Below are positions 1 to 16,698 of a stretch of DNA of 64,000 nucleotides, one piece after another; the stretch's first letter is position 1, and each line of letters begins with the position of its first letter. The stretch lies in the NCBI RefSeq assembly GCF_009914755.1, contig NC_060925.1; one strand, 5' to 3'. Source of the DNA: the human T2T-CHM13v2.0 reference genome, Homo sapiens. A model generated the notes under the pieces. It searched no databases. It saw nothing but the letters and a program-made list of their open reading frames with translations, and was not told the origin of the DNA. Position numbers and translations under genes: made by a program.

Positions 1-419
1 TCTTGGTTCATCTGAGCTAGTCTGATCTGGCTACCCAGAGAGCAAGTGCCAAAGAAATGATAATTTTAAGAGGTAGTTGTAAAGTGGGCCTGTGGGTGTT
101 TTCCATGACTGCTGTGATCTGAGATGTTTATACTCAGGCCCCAGCAGTCACAGTTATCTCTTGGGTCTAGACATCCCCCCCGCAAATGGGTATGTGTCAT
201 TTGATCATTGATCAGCCAGAAGCATCTTAGTGTGAATTGCCGCATCAATTCACTTTATTTTCAAGATGTGTAGCTCAGAACAGATAGATTGTAATGGAGG
301 GCAAGGAGAGAGAAGGGGTAAGAGAAAGGGAGCAATAGGGGTTGATTTACTCAGCATCTGCTGCAGGATGTTAGGGGGCAAAAGTCCCTTCAGAAAAACA
401 TGTGACCTTGAAACTTTAG

Positions 420-790
420 AAGTATACCCTTGAAGATCAAGATTAAAACAAGGATAGCAGCTTTCAGTACTCCTATTCAATTTTGTGCAAAAATATAAGA
501 ATAGAAAGGAAGGGAATCAAACTGTCATTTTCACATGATATTTTTTAGAGAAACTTGTGAAAATCTACGAAAAAGTTATTAGAATTAGTAAGGGAATAAA
601 ACCAAAAATATAAAGTAACTTAGAATAAATCTAACAAAAGATATATTAAGATGCTTATGGAGAAACCTATAGAACCTTGCCAGTAGAAAATAAACCAATA
701 ATATTAAATGGAGAGATAATGAAGAATAAATGGAGAGATAGCCCACATTTGCAGATAAGAAAACTTAATGTTCTGACTGGTACACCAGTG
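420..790 (+). mobile_element. Old L1 (L1M) ORF2 fragment
   Basis: A-rich text resembling L1 ORF2 (aactgtcattttcac...gatatt, ttagaataaatctaacaaaagat..., aataaatggagagat). Degenerate. Confidence 0.55.
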
Positions 791-792
791 TT

Positions 793-990
793 TCCTATAT
801 TTGTTTCCATGAGTGGCCATAACAAAGTACCAGAGGTTGTGTGGCTTAAACAACAGAAATTTATTTTCTTGCACTTCTGGAGGCTGGAAGTCTGAGATAA
901 AGGTGTCAGTAGGGTTGATTCCCTTGGAAGGCTTACTCTTTGGCATGTAGATGGCCAGCTGCTTTCTTTGTCCTCACCTGGTCTTTCCTC
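793..990 (-). mobile_element. MaLR LTR fragment (MLT1-type)
   Basis: ccataacaaagtacca...ggcttaaacaacagaaatttatt...ttctggaggctggaagtc is typical of the MLT1 end in reverse orientation. Confidence 0.7.
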
Positions 991-1064
991 CATGCTTAGA
1001 ACATAGCAACAGGAATAAATGGACTTGAGTCACATGTATCAATAGTATGGCAGACAGATCTTAG

Positions 1065-1615
1065 GCAGACAGACAGATCCAGGCAGATAGACAGATCCCA
1101 ATGACTCCTACCTGCTGGTGTCCATCCTTTTTGTAATCCCCTCCCTTTGAGCATGGGAAGAACCTGTAACTTGATGCTAATCCATAGAATATGACAAAAG
1201 TGATGGGATAGGTCTTTATACTATGTAAGACTCCGTTGTAGCAGACTAGAGCGAGAGACTTCTTATGGCCTTGAAAAAGCATGCTGCTGTGACATGAACT
1301 GCCCAGAAAGAGGGCCACATGGCAAGGAACTGTGAGCAACTTTTAGAAGCTGAGACCCTCGGCCACATAGAATCAAGGAAATGAGTTATGCCAAAACCTT
1401 GAAGGGCTTGGAAGTGAGTTCTTCTCCAGCCAGCTTCTCTAGATGAGATTGGAGCCCAGGCAGCACCTTGACTGCAACTGTGAGATCCTGAGCAGGGGAC
1501 CCAGCTAAGCCACACCTGGGCTTCTGAGCCACACAAACTGTGAAACAATAAATATGTGTTGTTTTCAGCCACCACATTTGTAGCAGTTTGTTATGCAGCA
1601 ATAAGAAATAAACAC
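1065..1615 (+). mobile_element. MaLR solo LTR (MLT1F/E-like)
   Basis: ttgtaatcccctccctttgag... through ...aataaatatgtgttgttttcagcc...ttgttatgcagcaata, characteristic MLT1 3' end. Confidence 0.7.
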
Positions 1616-1640
1616 AAACATGGATAAAAACATAATATTG

Positions 1641-2003
1641 GGCCAGGTGCAATGGTTCATGCCTGTAATCCCAACACTTTGGGAGGCCAAGGCAGGAGGA
1701 TCACTTGAGGCCAAGAGTTTGAGACCAGCCTGGGTAACACGGGGAGACCCCGTCTGTACAAAAAAACTTAAAAAAATTAGCTGGGTATGGTGGTGCATGC
1801 CTGTGGTCTCAGTTACTCAGGAGGCTGAGGTGAGAGAATCGCTTGAGCAAGGGAGGTTGAGGATGCAGTAGCCATGATCACAACACGGCACTCTAGCCTG
1901 GGCAAAAGAGTGAGACTTTGTCTCAAACAAACAAACAAACAAACAGACAACAACAAAAAACAAAAACACAAAACCAAAAACCAAACCAAAACAAAACAAA
2001 AAA
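1641..2003 (+). mobile_element. AluJ with CAAA-type microsatellite tail
   Basis: GGCCAGGTGCAATGG...dimeric Alu with J-type diagnostics (ggaggatcacttgaggcc, atgatcacaacacggcac), then a (CAAA/CAAAA)n tail. Confidence 0.9.
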
Positions 2004-3072
2004 CTCTATAATATTGACAGAAATAAAGCAAGTTGCATCAAGAGACATACAATGATACTATTTACATAAAGCTTAAAAACACTTGGACCAATTCTATATA
2101 CTGTTTAAACCTACCTATAGACATACGTGATAAAAATATAAAGATATGTACTGGAATGATAATCCCAATTTCAGGAAAGTGTTTCTTTCTTGGAGAGAGG
2201 GAAGTATCAGAGATACATACACAGGAAGTGTTTGTAATGTCTTTTCTTTCCTAAGCTGGGACCCTACCCAGCTTACAAGATACAAGAGGGTTTATAACAC
2301 TCTTCCGTATATCTTTTTGTTTGCCTGAAATATTCCATAATTTAAAAAAATGTCTGTCTCGAGCTTTAAGCTCCAGTGGGGATGATGCTGTGTTGATAAT
2401 GAATTTTGCCCCCTTCCCAACATTTTCCAGCCCTGTACTTGGCAAGAGCATGGGAAGAAGAAGAGCCTGTGAGGCCAAGCTAGGAATGGCCACAGGGGAG
2501 TAGAGCTGGAGGGAGATGGGAAGGCAGGAGGCAGAGGGATGGTGGTCTGCAGAGGTGCCTGTGGGAATCCTGTTCCCCAGTCACTCTAAGCTGCCTATAC
2601 ACTCATTTTTCAGGGACCAGATGGCCTTAAATGGGTGACCTCAGCACTTCCACAAGAGGACCTCGTCATTACCCGTGGCTTTGCCCTTGCATGGAATGGA
2701 ACAATCGCCCACACAGCAGACTTGCTGTAATACCATCCTCTGAGAAAACAATTAAGAAGACTGAAAAATAAAGCCCAAACATTGGCAGTTAGGCTATTAG
2801 GGGGAATCAAACTTGTGTTTTGTTTTGTTTTTTAAAGCCTGAACAGCATGGCCTTAGGAGGAAAATCTGAGACAGGACAGTACCACTACCACTCAGTAGG
2901 AAAGGAAAGTAAGTGGATTTTCCCATCATTTTTAAGCAGTTAGTCATCTTCAGGGAGGGACAGTGGGGTCTTTCATCTTTTTGATTTACACCCATGAAAT
3001 TTGGGAGATGTTAGGATGCCTTGGTTGTATAAGGAAACCTCTGATCCCCAGAAGCGATGTAGAGGGAATTTC

Positions 3073-3241
3073 CAGTGGTGTGTTGGTAACATTTAACAGC
3101 CGGCTTTCCAGGGGGAAAATCCATTTGCTGATTTCCATGGCATGAATACTCCCACAATGGCCGATTTTTAAGCTACCAATGTGATGTCACGGAGCATAAT
3201 CATCTTTGGAAAGCCATACATGCTGGCTGCAACATACTGCT
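3073..3241. mobile_element. Probable hAT-type non-autonomous DNA transposon remnant
   Basis: Begins CAGTGGTGTGTTGGTAAC and ends with a degenerate complement (gcaacatactgctg). Family not identified. Confidence 0.4.
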
Positions 3242-4376
3242 GGAGTTTCCTTCATTACAGGATGGTGAGCACTCCAGCTGGAGGTCGCAGCCTCAGGGAG
3301 GATGGTCACTGTCAGGGAGGAGACCCCTATATCTATGGACTCTCTCAGCTCCTTCTCAGTGCAAAAAATTCAACCTATGTATGATACTTCTCCCATCATC
3401 CCCAGCCTAGAAGGCAGGACTGTTTGCAGATCTCAGGGAAGCTTCATCTGGGGCTTAGTTTGGAAACTCTACTCTTGGAGAATTTCAAATTTCCATGTAC
3501 TGTGTCCAGTTTTACCATCCTCTTGAAGTTTTGCAGTCTGAAGGGCATTTTCTGTGAAAACTTAGGGGGTCTATGTTGGTTAGAATGATTTGAGCACAAG
3601 TAAGACAGCACCCTTACCCAATTTGCTTAAATGATGAAGAAATAAATACTCAGAGAATGAAAAATCCCAAGGTAAGAAAGCACCAAGATTGATTAACTTA
3701 GGGGATCAAGAATGTCATTGAGGACCCAGATTCCTCCCATATTTCTTCTCTGTCATCCTTTGTCATGTTCAGCTCCCCTCATAGTAGTAAAATGGCTGCC
3801 ATATTCCAGGCAAGGGTGACAACCACCATTGGAAGGAGAAGGACCAACTCTTACTATATTGGAAAACTGTTCCAGAAGCCTCATTTGACAGAATTGGGTC
3901 AAACATTCTTTTCTACATGAAACAATGTCAGGGAGACTAGAATTACTATGATTGTCTTAGAATAGATCAGGATTTAATACGAGTCACATGGAAGAGGTGT
4001 AAACAACCAGACAAAATTGTGGTCATGCTTGGTAGGCAACTGTCCTCCCAAGAATTCTTCCACTATTTCAACTCTAAGGCTGTCAACTTGACAAGTTGGT
4101 TTGGTCCTTTTGGCTGATTATAGAGATCCACTTGAATCAGAATAATCAACATGATCAGAAATAAATTATGCTATGTTTACTAAATTGATTAACCTCAAGA
4201 TCAATTTATTTAAAAAGCACTTATTCAGGAGCTATGGGAACTTGGCACTCAGAAGCCACAACTAGTAGGCACCAGGCCCACCGGTATGTAGACATAAATA
4301 ATTGGACTTAGAGCTCCTAATCAACAGACAGAATACATTAACATTTCTTCCAGGTGAGTAGAGGTAAATAGTTTAA

Positions 4377-5828
<1,452 letters not shown>

Positions 5829-5849
5829 AATACTTAAAAAAGTGCATGT

Positions 5850-7423
<1,574 letters not shown>

Positions 7424-7424
7424 A

Positions 7425-7484
<60 letters not shown>

Positions 7485-7568
7485 GCGCATATATATACAC
7501 ATATATATATGCGCATATATATACACATATATATATACACATATATATATGCGCATATATATATATAT
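7424..7568. repeat. Compound (TA)n microsatellite with CA and GCGC interruptions
   Basis: Directly visible. Confidence 0.95.
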
Positions 7569-7732
7569 GACTATCTCAGGGCTTTGGGGAAAATAAGACA
7601 AAGAAAATCAGTGTACTAATAAATGTTTAGTTTATGACATTTATTATATAAAATGATATTATGGTTGTGAAATTTACTTACTCCATTTTTTATCCTCCTG
7701 CCTCCCTGATCTAAATGACTTACAGTGTAGAT

Positions 7733-7925
7733 CAGTAGTTCTCAACTCTGGCTACACACTTGCACATTTTAGAACCACCAGGGGAACGTTTACAAAATAC
7801 AGTTCTTGGGTTTGACCCATGGCCAATTAAATCAGAGTCTCTGGTTCTCTTCCCCACCCCAACACTGCCAATTTCTTTTATTAAAACTTCCCAAGCGATT
7901 ACCATGTGCTGCCAAGACTGAGAGA
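7733..7925. mobile_element. MER5-type hAT-Charlie MITE
   Basis: cagtagttctcaac...ttagaaccaccaggg...aattaaatcagagtctct...gccaagactgagag. Confidence 0.6.
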
Positions 7926-8955
7926 ATTATAGGGTAGACCAAGACCTGGGCAACACTGAGTCAGATTATGTGGGGATCCTTCAGCAAGTCTTTTCATTTT
8001 TCTCTTCTTAAGTCAGGTTTATTGAGATATAATATATATATATATTAAAATTTATACTTGTAAAATGTACAGTTCAATGAGTTTTGGCAAAGTATTTGAC
8101 AACCACCACCATCAAGATATACAACATTTCCAGTACTCCCCTAAATTTCTTTGTGTCCCTCTGCAACCAATCCCTTCCCCCGTATATTTGATGTACATAC
8201 TAGAATGCTGTGCAACATTAAAAAGCATGTCTTTTTAAATAAATGTAAGAAAATGGAGAAAAAAGTTACTATATAAGGAGCAAACAGAAAAAATTCCCTA
8301 TATAATATAATCTTAATTGTTTAATCTTGTTTTTATGTATATGCACAGATATTATATGTCTCTCTACATATGAAAACATTCGTAGAAAAAAATTACTGGT
8401 TATTTCTGGTTGTGAAAATTACAGAAAATGTTAATTTTCTTTTTTATATTTTTATACATTTTCTAGTTAGTCTACAATAATAAGTTACTTTTGTCATGAA
8501 AATAATGATATTTACAAAATAGCAACCTATGGTCAAGTAATGCATCAAGAGCCTTCTAAGGATCGAACTGTCAGCCCCTAGGTTCTGGGTCCCTAGCTGC
8601 AAATGCAGATTTCTAATTTCACACACCAGGTCATTGGCTCATAGCAACTGCTATTGCTAAAAGAGGTTAATGAGAAGATACTGACTTCTACTGAGATGGA
8701 TATCAAAACATATTGACTCAAGAGAAGGAAATATTGATGGGAAAAGAATCAAGGTCTTTCATTGCCTTGAAGGGAGTAATAAACCTTCTTAGCTGAATCC
8801 CACATTCTCTTCTCTGTTTTTATAGGCACACACATCTAATGTCAAAGATGGTGCATCTCTGTAAGCACTATTAGAGACTTGAACTCAGTAACTATTACAA
8901 GGGATGAATAAGAAGAAAATGGGTACAGAATAAATATAATTTATGGAGCGTGACA

Positions 8956-8956
<1 letters not shown>

Positions 8957-9009
<53 letters not shown>

Positions 9010-9014
9010 AGAGA
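8957..9014. repeat. Compound (GC)n(CA)n(GA)n microsatellite
   Basis: cgtgcgcgcgcgca(ca)n...gagagaga visible. Confidence 0.95.
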
Positions 9015-9754
9015 AAGCGCCAACACAAGATATTGACCCTAGAGGTCTGTTCAGCTTTGGTTTCAGTTCTTTTAGATTCAGCAGAATCCTAATTAAAGAT
9101 ATGAAGACATATCTTCCAGCCAGCTCAAACAGATCAAAACCAGCTGAGAGCAGCTCTAGGTCTCCAAACTAGACAACTGATTCAGGCTCCCTTAGAGCCA
9201 GCACATTGGCCTACTGGGTTTTGGGAGATTTCTTAGGATGAATACAATTAGAGACGACCACAGATGACTGACGTTGGAATGCTTTCTCCTACATTTTTCT
9301 CAAATAAAATAAGACATAATAACATGTTGGTTGAACCATCATTTGAATCAGTGACTTTTTTCCGGGTTGTTCTGGAATGGGTTATACTATTTGGACAAAA
9401 TGAGTTGAAATTAGTTTCATATTAAACTATTCCCCTAGTTTGAATATAGGCTCTTGTATCATTTTTCCATTTACATGTTACTAAGAAAAAAAAAACTGAA
9501 TCCCTTAGAATGCTAGCAGCTCTAAGAAACAAACTCCTGATTCAAGAAAGTTCTGAAGTAGGAAAACTTGAGAGGTGGTTAATTCAGCAGGATAGCAACA
9601 TCATAAAAACACAGGATTTCTTCCATTTTCTGTTCCGACATCCTTGGTGTGTTTTCTTTGTCTTTGGCTAGCACCCCTTATGGTTGGTTGTAAGGTGTCT
9701 GCCACAGTTCTAGGTGTTCTTTGTAGATGTGACAATATCCAATTCTTTTGAATT

Positions 9755-10106
9755 TGTTTTGTTTTGTTTTGTTTTGAGACAGGGTCTCACTCTGTTGCCC
9801 AGGCTGGAGTCCAAGGGCATGATCACAGCACCCTGCAGCCTTGACCTCCTGAACTCAGGTGATCTTCCTACTTCAGCCTTGAGAGTAGCTGCGACTACAG
9901 GTTCACACCACTATGCCCAGCTAATTTTTGTGTATGTGTTTTGTGTTTGTTGCTGTGGGTTTTTTTTTTTCATTGTTGTTTTTTTTTTTTTTAAGACAGG
10001 GCCTCGTCATGTTGCCCAGGCTGGTCTCAAAATCATGGGCTCAAGCAATCTGCCTGCCTTGGCCTCCCAAAGTGCTGGGATGGTAGGTGTGAGCCACCAC
10101 ACCTGG
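9755..10106 (-). mobile_element. AluJ (antisense) with expanded T-rich middle linker, probably inserted in an MLT1-like LTR
   Basis: tttgagacagggtctcactctg...atgatcacagc...gagccaccacacctgg. Confidence 0.88.
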
Positions 10107-11038
10107 TCTTTTTTTTTTTTTTTTTTTTTTTTTGAGTGAAGGAACCTTTCCTTGAATCTCCATCTGTGTCCTCTCCTTTATGTCTCACCCACCCTCAAAT
10201 TCACTGCATGTTCTTGCCTAAATTAGTCACTGGCAAGGGTGATGAAATTACCCTGGTTGGCTTAGATCAGTCAGAGCCCTTCCCTGAGCCCAACCAAGAT
10301 CAGGAGGTGGTGAGTAGACATCAAAATAAAATTAGGGTTCTTGGTGAAGAAGAAGGGCAAGGCTCTCAGGGAGGCAGGCAAAATAGGGCCTGCTACCACG
10401 GTGTAGGCCTCATATGTTTGGGGAATTTGCCTTGTTCTTGGGCATCTTAAGGCATAAATCTGTCATGATGGAATTTCAGATAGCTTATTATTTACTTTAC
10501 AATACCATAGGTAGTGAAGGCAATAAAAGAAAACAGTCCTCATTCTCCATGAGCTCATACTGAAGTTAAGGAGCCTCTTCGTGGACACAACTAACAGCTA
10601 GCCACTACTGAAAGTCTCTAAATGAAGAATTCTGAGAAGAAATCCTATAGCTCAGGTGTCAGCCAAGATCAGCTTTCTTAGGGAGTTAAATAAAATTGGC
10701 TCCAATCTCGATCCTACATCTTGTGAGAAATCTGAGATCTCCCCATTCCCACATCCATGACCAACTCCTCTGGATTCTGTCCTGGGCAGTGTGAAGGGCT
10801 TACATCCCAGGGGTCATGCCTGGACCCGAATTTCTGCTTCCTCTGAAGTCTGTTGCACTATGCCTCACATCTTACAGACATTTCCTTGTGCAGTGCTGAC
10901 CCAGATGTGTGATGTAGCTCCTGTCTTTTGGTTTATCTTTCCCCATCACATGAGTTAAAAAAAAGCATTTGTGTGGGTGGAAGACTTAACTTAAGGTTTG
11001 GGACCAGGAAGAGGGATTTATAGAAAACAAAGCAAACA

Positions 11039-11338
<300 letters not shown>

Positions 11339-11732
11339 GCAAAGCAAACAATGTAATATAGAGTAGACATTCTTGCTCTTAAAAGTGATTTTCCTATTTC
11401 ACCTGCCCCACTCCTCCCCAGGCCTTAGCCTCATGACCTTCATAATCTTAACAATCTTTTCTGTTTTCCTACTGCCAGTTCCTATTTATTTCATGCAGAG
11501 CAGTTTTGCATTTTTTTTTTTTTGGTTTGTTTGTTTCTTTGTTTCATTGCAAACTTGTCCTAAGGATCCTAAGTATTTTCCTGAACAAAGAGAGTTATCT
11601 CTCTAAGAAAAACTCTGAAGCCAGGTGTTAAAAAAACATTTCACATTGATTCAGGCTATTATAGTAGGGAAATCTGAGCAGATCTCTTGGATGTGGAGAT
11701 GGGATTGACTTCAAGAAGTGGGGGCTGCATCA

Positions 11733-12134
<402 letters not shown>

Positions 12135-12499
12135 TTATAAATAGCAGGGGAATAATTTGGATATGGAGGTGCATAGGAAGGGGCATGATGGGGCATTACA
12201 GAGAACTTTAGAAGCGTAATCCTGTAAGTAATGAGAGTTTCTGGAGGATTTGGGGCAGGGAAAAGATATGATTAGATTTTAGAATTCAGGGAGAACACTA
12301 TACCGGTAGTGATTGGGTAGGCTCTGTGGCAGACTTCAAGCTGCCCATCAACCCCTATTCTTTCTTCCTTTCTTTACTCACAGAGCTCCTGAGGTTTAGT
12401 TGAACACAACCACTGTGCCAGCCTCTCCGGCAGCTGTATGTGCACATTGGCTAAATTCTGGCCAATGGGATGCAGAAGAAGTGATGTGTTCCTTTTCTA

Positions 12500-13760
12500 G
12501 CGTTATCCAAAATGTGCATCATTCTCCAATAGAAAGAAATAAAGATATTTGGAGAAATGGCTGCTTCTAAAGGACTGGGTAGGAGAAGTGCAAGATCAGT
12601 CTGGAATATCTTGCTGTGCCAAAAGTAAGGAAACACTCAAAGAATGATGGAAGTGTGTTAAAAGCACACAGTAACCAGCCTGAAGGGTTCACCCTGGCCA
12701 AATCTGGGGCAATTTGAGCAACAAAATAATGATAGTACAGGAATATAACCCATAGAATGAAAAAAAGAATATGAGTCACTTTGAATATAAGGTGATTAAT
12801 AAAATAAAGGTGGGGGAAGAAAAATTACTTTTTATAATAGAATTCTATCTAGTAAACATAAAAAGAAAGATGAAATTAGGAAAATCGCCATTTGGCAGCC
12901 AGCATAGTAGTAATTGTTCCAGGCAAGAATCAACAATGGGTGTTAAAACTAGTGAGTGAAAATATAAAAAGAAGCAGAATATTTACATGGTTTAAAAACA
13001 TCATCCCACAATATACCTGTTAAATAAAAAAGGGCAAATATTTACTGTGGAGAAACCTGGCAGATATCACCCTAACCAAGTGGTCCAAGGTAACATCACC
13101 AACACTGGGACAGACTGCCATCAAGTGTCTCCTGATGTGATGGACCAAAGACACGCCGCTTCTGCCGCTGCCTGCCAAAAACGTATGGCCTAAATCTAGG
13201 CATGAAAAAATACCACACAAATGCAAACTGAGGACTTTCTTTAAAATAACTGACGTTTTCTCTTCAAAAATGTTAAGGTCATGAAAGATAAAGATTGAAG
13301 AACTATTCCAACTTAAGGAAATTTTAAAGACAGGACAACTAAATGCAATTAATTATCCTGAATTGAATCCTGGGTCTGTAAATTATTTTTCTTTTGCTAT
13401 AAAAGACATTAGAGAAACAATCAATGGAATTTGAATATCGTCTGTAAATTAGACAATAGTATTATGTCAATGTCAATTTCTGATTTTGATCATTGTATTG
13501 AGGTTATGAGAGAGTATGCCCTTGTTGTTGGGAAACACCCTATACTAAAGTTTTTAGACATAAATGGGTAAAGAGATAAATCATGTCTTTAATTTGCTCT
13601 CAAATGTTTTCAGGGAAAACTATTAAGAGAGAATGAATGATTGGCAAATATGACAAAATGTTAACACTTGGAGAATATGAGTGAAGGGTATACAGGGATT
13701 CTTTTAATATTTTTGCAATTTTTCTGCAAGTCTGAAATAATTATAAAATAAAAAGTTTTT
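12500..13760 (+). mobile_element. L1MC-type 3' region, apparently splitting an MLT1-like LTR (about 12325-12500 and 13780-13998)
   Basis: tttactgtggagaaacctggcagatatcacc..., taaatgcaat..atcctgaattgaatcctg, aatagtattatgtcaatg, ending aaaataaaaag. Confidence 0.65.
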
Positions 13761-14454
13761 GTTTTTGTGTTTGTAAGGAATGAGCACGCACTTCCATCTG
13801 CCCTCATCCCTTTACCCTTCCTGTTGGCTGGGAGATGATGACCCTAGAGAGTGGTGGGTGTGTGCTGTGGATGGTGGCACTGCCCTACCAGCCCTGGGCC
13901 ACTGTCTTCTACTGTTTGGGGAGAAATCATCTATGTTGTTAAGTCACTGCATTGGAGGGTCTCTTTGCTACAGCTCCATGTCCTGCAACTAACTAATACC
14001 AGCTGTAATAAGGAGAGATTGGAGGAAGGTGGCTTCTTAGGAGCCTGGTGCACTGGTTTAGTTATTCCTATTGAGGGCATGGAAAATGGGGTCACGGAGA
14101 GAGTTGGTGAAGACCACTCATTTGGGGAGAGTTAGTGAAAGGAAATTAAGAATAGGAGAGCAACTTGAGGGCGCAATAGAGTCTTAGGATCCTCTGGGAG
14201 AGATTTTCCCTTTTAAGAAGCAGAGAAAAAAGTCCAAGGGAGAAAAGAGATGTTTGGGAGTTGGGAAATTTTCTGGTGACCCTGGTTCCTACTGCACTGG
14301 TCACCTCTGTATATGGCTGGCCCAGATTCCAGGGCCAGATAGCAGGATTATTTGTGGTTGTAAGTGAAGGGCAGAGAACTATGAACCTACCTGGACTGAG
14401 GTGGAGAGGATCAAATATGATTTAGTGGGATACATAAGGAGAATTAAAAAGTTA

Positions 14455-14660
14455 TAATAATCATGGTAGCAGGTAATCTTTACCAAGTCCTCATTGTGTC
14501 TTGGGACTAGTCTAAGTTCTTTACCCCATCTACTCATTTGAACCTCACAATAACCATAAGACACTATTCCTATTTTACAGACGAGTAAGCTGAGCCACAA
14601 AGAAGTTGTCAAAGGTCATTTGCAAGTAGCAGACACAAGCTTCAGATCCAGGCAAGCTGC
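14455..14660 (-). mobile_element. MIR
   Basis: ctcatttgaacctcacaataacc...attcctattttacagacgag core. Confidence 0.7.
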
Positions 14661-15494
14661 CTCTGGGAACCCCCCTCCAATTTCTGGGGGCCACTTTTTG
14701 GTCCCCCGTCTCTCCTTCTCCTTTCCCTCCAGCAGCATTTGATGCTGACATAGGTGAACTGGAAACATATGGTCTCCTTCATTTTGTTGTGGATCTGCAC
14801 TCCAGAATCTACTTCCCACAGAGCAGGAGAGGGATGGGGTGTAAGGAAGGGTGGCAGGTGTCAGCCCATGCCCTATTGAAATGACTCTGGTTCATAGGAA
14901 GGATGAAGGCCTGTCCATCTGAGGGCAAAAGAGGAAGGGCAGCCAGAAAGGGGCACGACTATTCTTTCCTGATTTTGGAGCTCTTGTACTGTTGGCGTGT
15001 GGGAGGCATTTGGGATGGGGTGAGGGTCAGAGTGGGCTTGTGGGACCGAATGTCCCCAGTCTGTTATTCCTGCCCCCACTTCAGAGTCCTGCCACTCACA
15101 AGTGTGAGACGATGGATGAAGGAGGAGGGAAGTCAGAAGAGCTTCTGTCCCTGAGGGTCTCTGCTCATTTCTTTCTGTGCTAAAGGCTTTTTCCCATTTT
15201 AAAAGCAGTAGGCAGGAAGTCCCAGAATGCCTGAAACAGGAAAAAGAGAAAGAAACTTTATAAATGCACTTTTGAACCCCGAGACCCAGCTCCTGGCCAG
15301 GAGACAGGCAAACTCTTTTAATATCCTTATTCTGGATTCACTTAAATGGAAACAGCCTCCAGTATTTTTAGCTGCTGTGTAATCAAAGTGAAAAAGAAGA
15401 AGGAAATGTATATATTTTTCTTTCCTAGTTAGAATAAGAGAAGGAATTGCTCATTATCTTTTAGCAGAGTCCCTGCTAGGAAGGGAGGAAAACA

Positions 15495-15545
15495 CCAGGA
15501 GTCTCCATTTGCTCCTCCTCTGGCCTAGACAGGATTTAAACCCAG
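15495..15545 (+). promoter_or_regulatory. TNN: TNN proximal promoter: TATA-like GATTTAAA (15533-15540) with Smad-type GTCT (15501) and AGAC (15527) boxes
   Basis: AT-rich box about 25-30 nt upstream of the inferred exon 1 start, with SBE core motifs just upstream. Function is inferred. Confidence 0.55.
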
Positions 15546-15559
15546 GAAGGGAAGCCAAG

Positions 15560-15664
15560 GAGAGACGAGAACCAGGGACGACCAGCAAGTACCAAGGTCT
15601 GCGGCAGGAGGAGACCGGCTCACAGGAGCAGCAGCATTGGAAGAGGCACCCAGCAGCCTCCCAG
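15560..15664 (+). other. TNN: TNN exon 1 (non-coding 5'UTR)
   Basis: Strong donor CCAG|GTAAGA at 15664/15665, downstream of a TATA-like box. No ATG. Agrees with my recollection of the TNN mRNA 5' end joining ...CTCCCAG to GCATCCTGG. Start approximate. Confidence 0.8.
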
Positions 15665-16337
15665 GTAAGAGTGCCAGTTGCCCAAGCTTTACTTACTGGA
15701 GGGAGGGAGGTGGCCAATGCAGATGAGCTCAAAAGTGGTGGCTCAGGTGCCTCCGTTCCCGAGCCTGAAAATCCGGGCAGTGTAATTAGTCTCCTATCAC
15801 CTCCATGAAGAGTTAAAATGAATTGGGAAGTACCTCTCAGGACCCGTGTACTGCATCCTTAGTATTATACTCCAGTCTCAGACAGGGCTAAGCATAGTTA
15901 TCCTCTTTCCTGCAACACAGATGCGTCTGTGTTGTATCAGCTTCTACCTGGCGTAACACATTTTTGTATAAAATGTTTCCTTTAAGATGTTCCTTCTCAT
16001 TTTTTTTTCTTTTTAACTTACTTACAATGTCAAAGCTTTCTCTCTCTCTGTCTTTTTTTGGATAATTTAGTATTGTTGTATTTCATTATTCTTTTAAATC
16101 CTAAAACAGAATTGTTATTTTAGTTATGATTAGGAAGCTATGATAACTTTCCCTTTGTCTGGATTTTGTGTGAATCAGTTAAGGGGATGTTTGCAAACAC
16201 ATTTGAACAGCTTTGAAGTATCTCCAGACATTTAATTTTACAGGTTTTAATTATTATTTGTTAAGACGACAACTTCTCTCGAAATCCCCATACTATTACC
16301 CTCACAATACCTCAAAGAAAACATTTCAAGACATCTA

Positions 16338-16698
<361 letters not shown>

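Noticed and set aside
4351-4359. Perfect donor CAG|GTGAGT just before the inverted L1
   Set aside because: No identifiable upstream acceptor, promoter or ORF; isolated consensus matches are common.
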